DNA from: Mobula hypostoma
Lineage: Eukaryota
Assembly (NCBI RefSeq): GCF_963921235.1
Contig: NC_086109.1
Coordinates: 33,420,001 to 33,484,000, forward strand
Length of the DNA stretch: 64,000 nt
Direction: 5' to 3'
Below, piece by piece: positions 1 through 11,295 of this stretch (the first letter of the stretch is position 1; the number at the start of each line of letters is the position of its first letter). The notes beneath the pieces were generated by a model that worked only from the letters and a program-made list of their open reading frames with translations, was not told the DNA's origin and ran no database searches. Made by a program: the position numbers and the translations under genes.

Positions 1-1147
1 TTAGCCCTATTGTAAAGCATTCAGAAGTTATAGGCAGTAATTGTTGGGATGAAGCTGACAATTCTAATTGTTTACAAATGCTAATAGTAATGATTTTGCT
101 AAGGGGTAATGCAGCTACTGCTTAACTTGTCAGTTATGCTGTGATCCCCTGAAAGACAAATAAGGTAAAATAAATATTGTAAGTGTTGCAGTAAAATAAA
201 CGTGATGGTCTAGATTTTGCTGAGTGACTCCTACTGCCAATGTTCACTGTTTAGATTCCCTCTTTGCTCTGTTCTTGCCCGGTTCAGTTCAAGGGAATGA
301 ACTTCCTGACTGACAGTATCTTGGAACCTATTGTGTTAGAAGCTTAAGGTACATTTATATGTCCCAGAACATGGAATCCTGACAAAAAGAATGGCAGGGT
401 CACGCCCCTAGCTTCACCGTCAGGTTTATGAAATACTTCTGAATGTCCCTGAATGAATCGTCCAAAAACAATTAAATGATGTTTTCAATTATTTATAATC
501 TTGTATTTTCCTTGCTTGTCTTTCTCACAGCTATACAGTAACTATTGAAATAAATGGGCTGGGTGGTACTGTTATCAGATTTGAGTTGGTGCGCCATTCT
601 TGAGCAGAGTCTTCAATATAAGTACTGGAGAACCTCTGCAAACTCCTGGAACTGATTTGGTGGAGCACGTTAACAGATTTGGCTACTGGAATGTGTTCAG
701 AGCTTCCAACTTTGTATGGGCTTGTGCTGAAGAACTGAACTTACTGGTTTTCATGGAGAAACTGCATGCATTTCCCAGAAACTTCAAGCCATTACAGGTT
801 CTTTTAGAGGAGGAAAGTCAAAACACTAGAAGAGGAATAAGTCATATACTTACGATGTTTGGGGAGAACATATCAGTAAGGAAACAAAATAAGCAGGTCA
901 TAAGACTCAGGCAAGTGAAAGATAAAATTAACCTTTGTGGTTTTATCTTAATTTCCATGTGGTTTATTGCATTTGAGCTTTGCTTCGGATGAATGGTGAT
1001 CATTTATATAACTGGAGCATTGCATGTAGATACACTCCGTCCCCCACCAAGAGACTGGCTGCAGCATAGCCTAATCCTTTCACCATTCTTAAGCGATTTT
1101 GAAAATAAAATAGAATTCTGATAGGTCCTCAACACTTACAATTGTGT

Positions 1148-1605
1148 TATCAGAATCAGGTTTAATATCACTGGCATCTATTGTGAAATTTGTTGTTTTG
1201 CATCAGCAGTAAGATGCAATACACAATTTAAAAAAACTAAAAATTACAATATAAATCAAGTACGTAGTGCAAAAAGAGAGAGAGAGAAAATAGAGGTAGT
1301 GTACATGACAAAGAGTCTCGGCCTGAAACGTCGACTGCACCTTTTCCTAGAGATGCTGCCTGGCCTGCTGTGTTCACCAGCAACTTTGATGTGTGTTGTA
1401 GTGTACATAAGTTCATTGTACAAAAATCTAATGGTGGACAGGATGAAGCTCTTTCTAAAATGTTGAGTGTGTGTCTTCAGGCTCCTGCGCCACCTCCTTG
1501 ATGGAGGCAATGAGAAGAGAGCATGTCCTGAGTGATGGGTGCTACCTATTTGAGGCATCGCCTATTGAAGATGTCCTTGATGATGGAGAGACTAGTGCTC
1601 ATGAT
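1148..1605 (-). mobile_element. Rex1/Babar-type LINE 3' end (hosts the 1307-1397 insertion)
   Basis: Begins agaatcaggtttaatatcactg. Similar to 20724-21020 and to the reverse complement of Rex1-like 3' regions elsewhere in the window. Confidence 0.6.
1307..1397 (+). mobile_element. Short Penelope-terminal-repeat insertion with 11-bp TSD
   Basis: GTAGTGTACAT at 1296-1306 and 1398-1408. Highly similar to 35729-35830, but truncated and mutated in the CUGANGA box. Confidence 0.8.
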
Positions 1606-2775
1606 GGAGCTACACACACAAAATGCTGGAGGTCAGGCAGCATCTGGGAAAATAGTACAGTGGATGTTAGGGGCCAAAACCCTTCAGAAATTCCTCCAGC
1701 ATTTTGTGAATGTTGCTCTGAATTTCAGCATCTGCAGATTTTCACTGCTTTGCCCATGATGGAGCTAGTTGAGTTTGCAGTTTTTTTTATCATCTACTGT
1801 TGTAAATTGTAACCAGTACTTCTGTCTCAGAAATAGAAACAGTAATTTTGAATCAGCGCTTTGTGATTCTAATGGTTTGAAATGTGTTTCTGTGGTATAT
1901 CTTGAGTGTTCATGAGATTATCATTATGCTTGTCATGCATTTTGTACTTCGATTGTCAATGTTATATCACTCATTAACTCATAGTTTCTTCTCAATAGGT
2001 TGAACATATTAATTAGAAGCATTGGGGTACTGTAAATTAGTTCCAGTTTGCAAAAAGCTGCCAATTAATTTCCACAGGGCCTTTCTCCTTAATACCAAGT
2101 ACTCAGTGCCCTCCATGCTAACTAGTCTACACTTAACATGCTCAATTCATAATTGATGTTATATCTGCCACATTTCTCTAGGCATACTTCTGATCTACCG
2201 CCATCAATTCCCCAGGTGGCGACAATCTCAACAACTTTTCTTGTGTCCTAAATAATGTGCCTTTGCATCTTCTTTTTCTTATGCTAGTTCAAGGACTTTC
2301 TTGAGAGTCATTCATCTTGCCTAACTGATATTCCCCGTGGTTTACAATGCTATTGCTCAGTGAAGTCTACACTTTAGTGCTCAGGGTCTAATTTCACATC
2401 CAAGCAATGCTCTTGACCAGGTTAAAGCATTGTACTTCATTATTTCTCCTTTTGGCGACAGCAAGACATTGTCAGAGGAAAACAATATTGATGAGCTGCC
2501 TTTTAAAAGAGCCGCTGTACACATTTATTAATTTGCAGGTTAGAAATTCCAAATTGGATCACTTTTGGGTTTCCATTGTAAGGAGCATTACTGGTTTTAA
2601 TATAAGCAGCAAAGGAGAGTTGGGCTGAGTTGGGCATTGAAACAGGCTTATCATACTTGGAGAAATACAAACTAGCCATATTTCAGTGATGCCTACCACA
2701 TAGGTTCCCGAGACTCGTAGTCATACAGCACAGGAAAAAGGCCCTCTAGTCAATCATGTCCATAGTTTCCTGAAA

Positions 2776-3360
2776 GTGGCAACAGAGATGGGCATTTGGC
2801 ACTCATTGGTCAGGGGATTGAACACAAGAATTAAGGTGTCATGTTCCAGTTGTAAAAGACCATACATGGAGTATTGTGTGCAGTTTTGGTCACTGAGCTA
2901 TAGGAAGGACGTTTTTAAGCCGGAAAGGATGCAGAAAAGATTCACAAGCATGTTACTGGAAATGGTGGGCTTGAGTTATAAGGAGAGACTGGATAGGCTT
3001 GGACTATTTTGCTGAAGTGTAGGAGGCTGAAGGATGTCCTTATAGAGGATTACAAAGTCATGAAAGGAATAGACAGTGAATGATCGATCTCTTTCCCAGG
3101 GTAGAGGAGTTTAAAACGAGAGGATGTAGATTAAAGGTAATAGAGGAATGATTTATAGAGAACCTTACAGAGAATCTTTCTACACAGGATGGTGGGTGTT
3201 GGAGGAAATGGGTGAGGCAGGTACAATTAGTTTCAAGTCCATTTAGATACACTTGGAAAGGTTGAGCAGATATGGGCTAAACATGGACAAATAGGGTTAG
3301 CTCAGTTTGGCAATTTGGTCAGCATGTACATTTGGGCCGAAGGGTCTGTTTTTGTGTTGT
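2776..3360 (+). mobile_element. CR1 LINE 3' fragment
   Basis: RPYMEYCVQFWS...ERMQKRFTSML...YKERLDRLGLF, followed by a typical CR1 3' tail. Confidence 0.85.
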
Positions 3361-3627
3361 AAAACATAGGGGCAGCCTGATCTGTGTTACATGAAGGAAA
3401 ACCACTAATTTTTTGATTTCTTCTGATTTTATAGTTTTGAGTATTTCCTTAGCAGAAACTAGTACTGTTATTGACCTCACAGTATGTTTATTTTCTGAGT
3501 TATTCTTTTATTATCCAGACACATACAATTTTGATCTCAGTTTTGGAATTGGTTTCTCATTTTAAGACTCTGCGGTTGGTACTTTTTAAAAAGCAGTCAT
3601 TTATATGGACCTTATTCTGTCACTGGT

Positions 3628-3840
3628 GACACAAGAGACTGCAATGCTGGAATCTGGAGCAACCAAGAAGGTGCTGGAGGGAAAAGCAGGTCAGGCAGTG
3701 TCTGTGGAGAGAAATGGACAGTCGGCATTTTGAGTCGAGACTGTACATCCAGTCATCAGCCAAGATGAAGGGTCTCAACTTGAAATATCTATCATTTGTT
3801 TTCCTTCACAGTTACGGCCTGACCCGCTGAGTTCGAACAA
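3628..3840. repeat. Inverted (head-to-head) pair of degenerate Penelope-terminal repeats
   Basis: Minus copy (tgctggag...gtcaggcagtgtctgtgg) followed by plus copy (gatgaagggtctcaacttgaaa...gcctgacccgctgagttc). Confidence 0.65.
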
Positions 3841-6119
3841 TTGTCATCTTGGAAAGGTTTCTGCAGAACTGGGTGTATTTTGCTTTTCCTGTTAGTTAAA
3901 GGGACGTTGATGACATTGACAGATCTGACCAAGCAGCCTCAGATACAGTCCTCAGAATCCTCTACCAGTGACATGAGGTGTATTTTCAAACTGTAGCTTG
4001 TGGGGAATGTGGGAGGGACATTCATATGGCCAAATACCCCAAACCAGGAACAAAGCCATGCCTTCTGCGAAGAGCTCGTTCCAAACTAATCTTCAGAAAC
4101 ACCTGCCTAGACCTGTCAAAAGAGTGGTGTATTTGCTGGTTTGGGTTTGCAACGTCTGTCATCACAGAGGTAGGCTCTATTTGGAGAGAAGACTTTTGTA
4201 TACATTCTTGTGGCCATTAGCAGTTAAAGTAACTTTACGCTTCCTTGCCACCAGGTTATCCCAGATGGAAACAATTAATTTGCTTAGTATCTCACAATTT
4301 CAAGAGCAGATTCAAGTGAATCCATAGGCTAGATTCATCTGAAGGTGTCATAGCAGGAGTTTTTTCTTTTGAGAGACATAACAGATAAGTTGTTGAGGTG
4401 CTGATTGACCTCATTACAAATAAAGATACTGTAAATTACTGTGATTGTTGGGATAACATTTAAAAACTAGGAAAATGAACTTTGTTCCATGGTTATTTGG
4501 CCTCTATGGAAATGCTAAGGTCACCTCTGGATTTTGGAAAACATTCCCTCTGATGTTTCCTTCCTCTGAGTCTAGTTTTCTATTTTTTTCCTCCTTTTTG
4601 ATTCATGGGGTAGGCTGATATTGAGAAAAACATGGGTTGGATGAGGCAGAATCTGATGGTGGGATGGGAGTTCCGATTCTTAGTTGCGCCATAAGAGAAT
4701 AAAGTCTTTGGGACTTTATATTATATCCTGGGTGCCGTGAAACATTTCTGTGGGTGTTACTTATTGGCAATAGATTTCTCATTGGAGGAGTAGAGATGTG
4801 TTGGTTTTCAGATGCATCTTGTATATGTATTCATGTGCTGCTTTCTCAGATCTACTATTGTGAAAATTCTGTGTGTAGTTGGGTATCTGACAAAAACAGC
4901 TCTGTGTTTTGATGGAGAAACATAAAATACCTCCATTCTTTCTACGCATATTAACTTTCATTGTTTTGATGTTTTGAAGACCATGTTAATGGGAACAATT
5001 TTATAGAGACTTTAATTCTGGGAATTCACCATAGCGTCTTACTTTTGTTAATGCTAATATATAAAGACAGTTAAATAGGGCAGACACAAATGAATAGCAG
5101 AGGGGTATGTAGCTAAATTTTAAAAAGATGTTCAGTTTATTTATTCACCAGTTTATTTTAAAATAAAAAGACTGTAATAAGAAAAGTCATGTATGTTTTT
5201 GGCATAAACACAGAGATTAGCAGCTGAAGCTCCCCTTCAGGCCTGGGTATATCAGTGAATACTTGACTGCTGACCTACTGTATGCTCTGTTTCACTCCGT
5301 AAATTTTCTGCATCCGATTCTCTCAATCATTTTGCCAAGGAGGAAGTGGCAGTGCTGACTCAGAGTCACATTTGAAATTGACTCATCTATTTTCCACAAT
5401 ACTTCACTTTGAATTTGGACTGATGTCAAGTATTGCAATGTTTTACTATAGGAGTCTTCTTAATAAATCTTCCTGCCAGAAGAAATACTGTTAGGAGCCA
5501 ATGATCACATATAGACTTCACTTTAATATAAGTGCCATGAACTGAAATCTGGAATTTCTAAAGTGCCTAGATCATACTGATAATATTCTTCAAAGTACCG
5601 TTGCTACGGTGGAAGATTACATACAGATATATAACTCTGCTCCCAACGAGATGTAGAGTATTTGTAAACCTGGGTTATGGCTGTTTTTCAATCAGCATTT
5701 GATCAATGTGGGTGGGGGAAATCCCTGCACATGAGCAATGCTGTTCCGATGTTATTTCCTGTGTTGCTGAAAGCCTGAAATTAATCACTAAGTGGACCTG
5801 AGGGAATGCTGAAAATAGCTGAAGTTGGATCTTGCAACAAATTAAAATAGCCACAGTTCAGATTTGCTACTCTGGCTTCATTGTTCTGTTCTTATTGCGC
5901 CCGTTCTTGTGCTTTACCCCTTAGGCTGGGGACATGTCAGGAAAATGAGGACCATTATTCTCTTTTTTTGATGTCATCTCAGTCAACTGCTCCATTCTGG
6001 GACAACTAAGATCTGAGTGCACTTTTACCTGTTTTCCATCAGCCCATGTCAAGTCAATTTTTCAGGTTTGTGGAATAGTACTGAAATTAATTTTAAGAGC
6101 TCATACCAGTTTCCAGGAA

Positions 6120-6320
6120 AGTGAAAAGTAGGTGAGAAGAGGTAGAAGGCCAGAATGGGGAATAGAGGAAGGGGGAAGGGTAGGGAAAAACATTTACCGT
6201 AAGGAGAAATTGATATTCATGCCATTAGGTTGGAGGCTACCCAGACTGAATATAAGGTGTTGCTCCTCCACTCTGAAAGTGGCGTCATCTTGGCTCAGAT
6301 GAGGCCATGGACTGACAGAA
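6120..6320 (-). mobile_element. Penelope-like element fragment
   Basis: Reverse complement matches about 19110-19300. ORF MEATQTEYKVLLLH parallels the ORF at 18829-19194. Confidence 0.7.
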
Positions 6321-6850
6321 TAAATACATCCTATACCTTTTTTTTGAATAAATGTGGAGCTTTTCTTTTAGTTTCATTGGCAGTGCCTGCTCATGACCTT
6401 GTAACTGTGTGAGTTTTCTGTGGCACTAATGTCTTCTATTTCAGTCACTGAGATAATCAGTGGGAATTTCCCTCTATCTGTGAACAACAGCAGAATGCCA
6501 GGTTTGATAGATAATAAATGCAGTAATATCAAGGGAATGGGATGATTCATCTCCAGAAGCTATAACCATCCTCCTTTGTGCAGCGGTTGGAATATTTTTC
6601 CCTTTATGCCTTTTGGCTTCTGGGCACCATAATTCCACACTGGATCAAGTGCTACCTTGATGTTAAGTGTCGTCATCATTGCATCTGTTCGTTGTAGCTC
6701 AAGGTGATCATCATGTCTGGAGCTGAGTACATTGATGAAACTCAAACTGGGTATCAGTGAGTAAATGCCACTCGAACGCTCAGTCAGTGAAGTCTTGCAG
6801 CACTTCGCTTAGGATTAGAGGAAGTTGGGCAGTAATTAACTGGGTTGGAT

Positions 6851-7120
6851 TTCAAGGTTCAAAGGTACAATTTAATGTCGGAGAAATGTATACAATATAC
6901 ATCCTGAAATGCTTTTTCTTTGCAACCATCCACGAAAACAGAGGAGTGCCCCAAGAATGAACAACAATTAAATGTTAGAACCCCAAAGTCACCCCCCCCC
7001 CCCAGCTCCCCCTCCCTCCCGTGCATAGGCGGCAACAAGCAACGATCCCTCTCCCCCCACCGGCACAAATAAAGTGCACCCGCTACCAGCATTCAAGCGT
7101 GAGCAAACCAATAGCAAAGA
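6851..7120 (-). mobile_element. LINE 3' UTR fragment (Rex1/L2-type tail) inside an older LINE remnant (about 6640-7450)
   Basis: ttcaaggttcaaaggtacaatttaatgtc tail pattern. The flanking ...gggttggat and ttgtcctac... appear contiguous. Confidence 0.5.
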
Positions 7121-8647
7121 CTACGTTGTTCACTGGCTGATTTGTCCTACTTTATGTAAATTGTACCTCCTGGTAATTTTCCACTTTATTAGGTAAATAT
7201 TAATTATGGAGTGCAGGTCTTCATCATTACAGTCTGCGATACTGTCTTTTCCCAGAACCTTTGCTGTATCCACTGCTGTCAATTGTTCCTTGGTTTTACA
7301 TGGAATGAATTGAATTGGCTGAAGAAGGTGGTTCCTCTGATGGTGGGTATCTCAAGAACAAGCCGAGGTGCATCATATATCAGATGGTGGATTGCATAGT
7401 CATCTGTGTCTAAAGTTGTAGGAAGGCTGAACTGGCATAAATTAGCTTTATCAGAATAACACTGTAGGTTGTGGGTGACCTAGATGATAGTTTGATTATT
7501 TGGGATGATACAATACTGAGATTCCAGCAAGGATTTCCTGGTACAGTGGGTACAAATTTGGAAGGTTGCTTTTGAATTGCTTGGAGAGCAAAGGAGGGTG
7601 AGGAATAGGACAGATGCTTTCCAGGACTGTATAATTACATAAGAGGGATAACGATGCCAGAGTTGAAGGCACAGTACCCAAAAGGAGCCGGTCCGTGAGC
7701 CAAGATGGCAAGGGATTTGAATTGGCAAACTAAACCAGCATTTACAAACTTGGAATAAATGAAATGAGAATTGATTATTTTAGAAGTTATGGATTTTTAA
7801 AAAAGTTATTCAGTGGAAGAAATAATATCACTCGCTTGCTTTTCAGGTCCAGTGGTAATTGCAATGGTGCACATCACTTAAACCTGTTATATCACATGAA
7901 TAAGGCACATTATTTTCACTCCTTTATGCAGAGAGAAGTGTTGTAGTCTTCAACCCAGCCTTCCACTGTTCTGGCATTGTCCAGTTGGTGCCAGTCTTCC
8001 CCCATCTTGGACAGCCAGGGAGGCCCTGCTCAATGCCTATCAAAGCCATCACTGTTATGAATGTCTCTGAGTTTGGTAATCATTCAGTACCCAAAGAGAA
8101 AATGAAGGACATTTAAAAAAAAATTAAATGACTGCACACAGTACAAAGACTATAAGAGTTGCCCTGTTAATTCGAATGGAAAGCTCAGTGAGGTCTCAGA
8201 GCTGCCTGGTTGACCTGCAGCTGGCATTCTGCGGAGTTAAGGTTTGTCCACATCTCCCTGCTGAGCAATAACCCATTTAAAGGCTTATCTGCCAGTGAAT
8301 CAAGGCAGTTCATCAACTCTTCGGTAGTATTATGTGAATAATTCAGTGTAGCTTTTACCTTCATTTATGCAGTCACCAGATAATGGCTTCAGCATTGATA
8401 TACAATATTCACCATTGTATCTCCACATGTGGCTAAACTGTGGAACTCTTTGCATAACCATTACCGGCTGATAAATGTGTACATGTGAGTCTTGATTACA
8501 TTTTTATTTGTTGAGAGATTGCAATGCATACCACAATATAAAAGACAAATGTGAGGAAAGTCCACTTTGGAAGTCCAAGTTAATTAGATTTGATAGGAAG
8601 ACTATACTTGTAGTACTTCTGATTGTAATTTTCATTTTTGTTTGTAG

Positions 8648-8704
8648 GAAAAGGTAGAGCAAGAAGAAGAGCATGCTTCTCAAGAATCTTCAGAAGAACA
8701 ATAA
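8648..8704 (+). CDS. HMGA1: HMGA1 terminal coding exon (acidic C-terminal tail); upstream AT-hook exons not found in window
   Basis: Polypyrimidine tract and tttgtag acceptor, then phase-0 EKVEQEEEHASQESSEEQ-TAA. Resembles the human HMGA1 last exon (EKEEEEGISQESSEEEQ). Tail-to-tail with SMIM29, as in human. Confidence 0.88.
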   Translation, partial: EKVEQEEEHASQESSEEQ

Positions 8705-8719
8705 ATCTGTAAGATTTTC

Positions 8720-8728
8720 ACTACCTCA
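8720..8728 (+). promoter_or_regulatory. let-7 8mer site (CTACCTCA, 8721-8728) overlapping a miR-196 seed match (ACTACCT, 8720-8726)
   Basis: Exact seed match starting 16 nt after the HMGA1 stop. HMGA mRNAs are established let-7 targets. Confidence 0.7.
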
Positions 8729-10974
8729 TCCAACAGTTGGCTCCTGTCAATACCTGGACCACAAACCCTATCACACTGATTTCATTATAGTCTTAACAGG
8801 GAACTACCAACAGCACTGGAACACTACACTACATTTTTAAATACAGATCAAGGTATTTCAAAGAAAATGACATTTAACGAAGGGCAGTGTAAACAATTGA
8901 ATTCATTATGTCATGTTTTGTCATTCTGGTTAAGTTTCTAAGTATTGGCCTTCAAATTAAACCAGTTAAGAGGACAATGCTAATGAACATTTTAGTGCCA
9001 AGAAATAAAATAAAACAAGCAAGGGTCTGTTCTGTTGTTGATTATTCGTGTAGAAAATGTATATCACATGTTGGAGGTGTTAACCCTTGGCAAACATGAA
9101 GATAGGTACAATGGCTGTCATAATAGACAGCAGAGAGCAGCTCTTCATGCCTGCATTTGTAGTAGAATCCCAGCCCAGATGGATTATAGAACAGCCGTTT
9201 CCTATAAGTCAAAATGGCTAACACATTCATAGCTACATAACCATCCATTTTATACATTTCTTTTGTGAGTCATTTTATTTTTGTTTTTGGCATGGTTTAG
9301 GATTGTGTAGATGAACCTATGTTAGTCTTTGAAACAGATTATGAATTATACTTTGTAGGCATCCTTCCAGGTGGAAGAGAATTCTTTAGGCTTTATATAA
9401 TAGTTAACTTTGCCTGGAGCTAATCATGTTTATATTCTATTATTAATAACTTTTGCATTATGTATACCATGCTTCATGTGACATGCAAATGCATTTTAAA
9501 TAATTTGTGAAGTTAAGAGTGACATTTCATTTACATGAATCTTAGCCCTGTTATTCTTTCCGTATTCCAAATGCATACACTGCTTTCCATAAAAGTAAGC
9601 AGTGAGACCTTTTTTATTCAAGGAAAGACATTTGACTGTTTAATCTCTGAATTGGAGACTACAATTTGGTTTGTTGGTAAACACAAACACGGGAGTGAAA
9701 TTAGCTATTGACAGTGAAGGAGCATTTTATAACTAGGCAGAGATTATTTGTCCCCTGTTGTATTGAACTTGAATCCAGAAGCAGTTATAGGTCAAATGAG
9801 GTAAAATGTTTCATTTCAATACGACAGTAGAAGTATAAAGGCTCAGGAAATCCATAAGATTTGGAAATCTGTCCATTTAATAAGAATTCTACTTCTGAAC
9901 TATTATTTTAAAATGCTACATGGGCAATGTTACTTTGTACATTAAAATTATAGTAATTACATATGCAAAATAATTTTTTGTCCCCTTGGAGCATTTACAC
10001 CAGCAATTGTGCTTGTCATCTTGTAATTTAGCTGAGTTCACTATGCCACTGATCAATAATGTGTTTAAATACACAAAATTAAACTGGGAACCATTGACCT
10101 GGTTAAATGAAAGACTGCAATTGCTGAATTTATTTGAGTCCATTCAGTTGATTTTGCTAATATAGAGATTTATATTCTGGCAATACAGATTAATTATTTT
10201 TTATTGCTATTTGAGTAAGAGAGTATCCTTTAGCTGGACTATACCGACTGTAATTAACAAATTGCACATATATATGTACCAATGAATCCTTTAAAATTCA
10301 GTGGATACTCAAGAGGAGAGACTTTTAAGATGCTGACAGTTAAGCCATGTTGAAACAGGTATCGGATTAAGACTTGAGGGATAAAAGTGTACTGAAAGAT
10401 AGAAATTACACATTTTTACTTTTGCATGTTAAGTTCCTAGTTTATGACATGCTGAACTTTGAAAGTAACTATATAGAGACTGTTGATAAAATAACATTAA
10501 TGACATTTAGAATATAATAATTGAGGTATTACTTGCAAATATAATGCTTCATATGATACCTTATTTAGATTGTAATACCTCTTACCGACTGCAAACATTT
10601 AATCAATATTGCTTTACTATAACAAACACCAAGTGCTAGAGTTAAGCTATAATTATGAGTTGCAGAGGCATTATTTGCTTGTTTAACCAACTTATTCAGA
10701 TAATGCATAAGCATTGCTTAAAGTTAAATTTAGAAAGGACCAAGTTAACTAGTGTTTGTTAGTCTGTTTTCTGGATTTCATGTTCTTGGTAATGCTTTAA
10801 TCATCCACATTTTTTTAGGGAAGAGGACATTATAAATTCATGAGGAATAATTTTCATTTACTATGCTTTGAATATCATTGATTATAATTCTGATGCAGAA
10901 TTGTGAGATCTATCAATTCTCGAAGCAAAGCTTTGTGCCACTTGAAAATCTGAAGCATAACAATTTTGACTAAA

Positions 10975-11295
10975 GCTCTAGTGCAAAACTGAGAGTTTGC
11001 TACACTGTCAGGGGATACTGTCTTTTCAGTGAGCCAGTAAACTGAAGCCCAGTCACCACACTTGGCTGGATGTTAAGATAATTCCATGGCCCTATTTTGA
11101 AGAGAATAGGAGAGCTTTCTTCCTTCAGTTGCCCAAAACTTTCCCCCATCAACATCAGTGAAGCAGATGAGGTGTGATTGTGGGATCTGACTGTGTACAA
11201 ATTGACAGCTGAGTTTCCTGTATTATGATAATTGATCACCTGTAAAGTTCATTTACAATGTGACATATTGAAAAGCATTATTAAATGTGTAACTT
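10975..11295 (+). mobile_element. Ancient Deu-domain SINE (SacSINE1/AmnSINE1-like) in the HMGA1 3'UTR
   Basis: Ordered blocks cactgtcagggg..tgtcttttcagtgag..taaactgaagccc, ccatggccctattttgaagag and ttgtgggatctgactgtgtacaaattgacagctgagtttcct resemble the recalled DeuSINE consensus. Confidence 0.6.

Noticed and set aside
600..992. 130-aa ORF on + within the presumed HMGA1 intron
   Set aside because: Non-ATG start, no AT-hook (RGRP) or other recognisable motif.
8648..8704. Assignment of the acidic exon to HMGA2
   Set aside because: The EK...SQESSEEQ ending and SMIM29 adjacency fit HMGA1 better, despite the HMGA2-like UTR.
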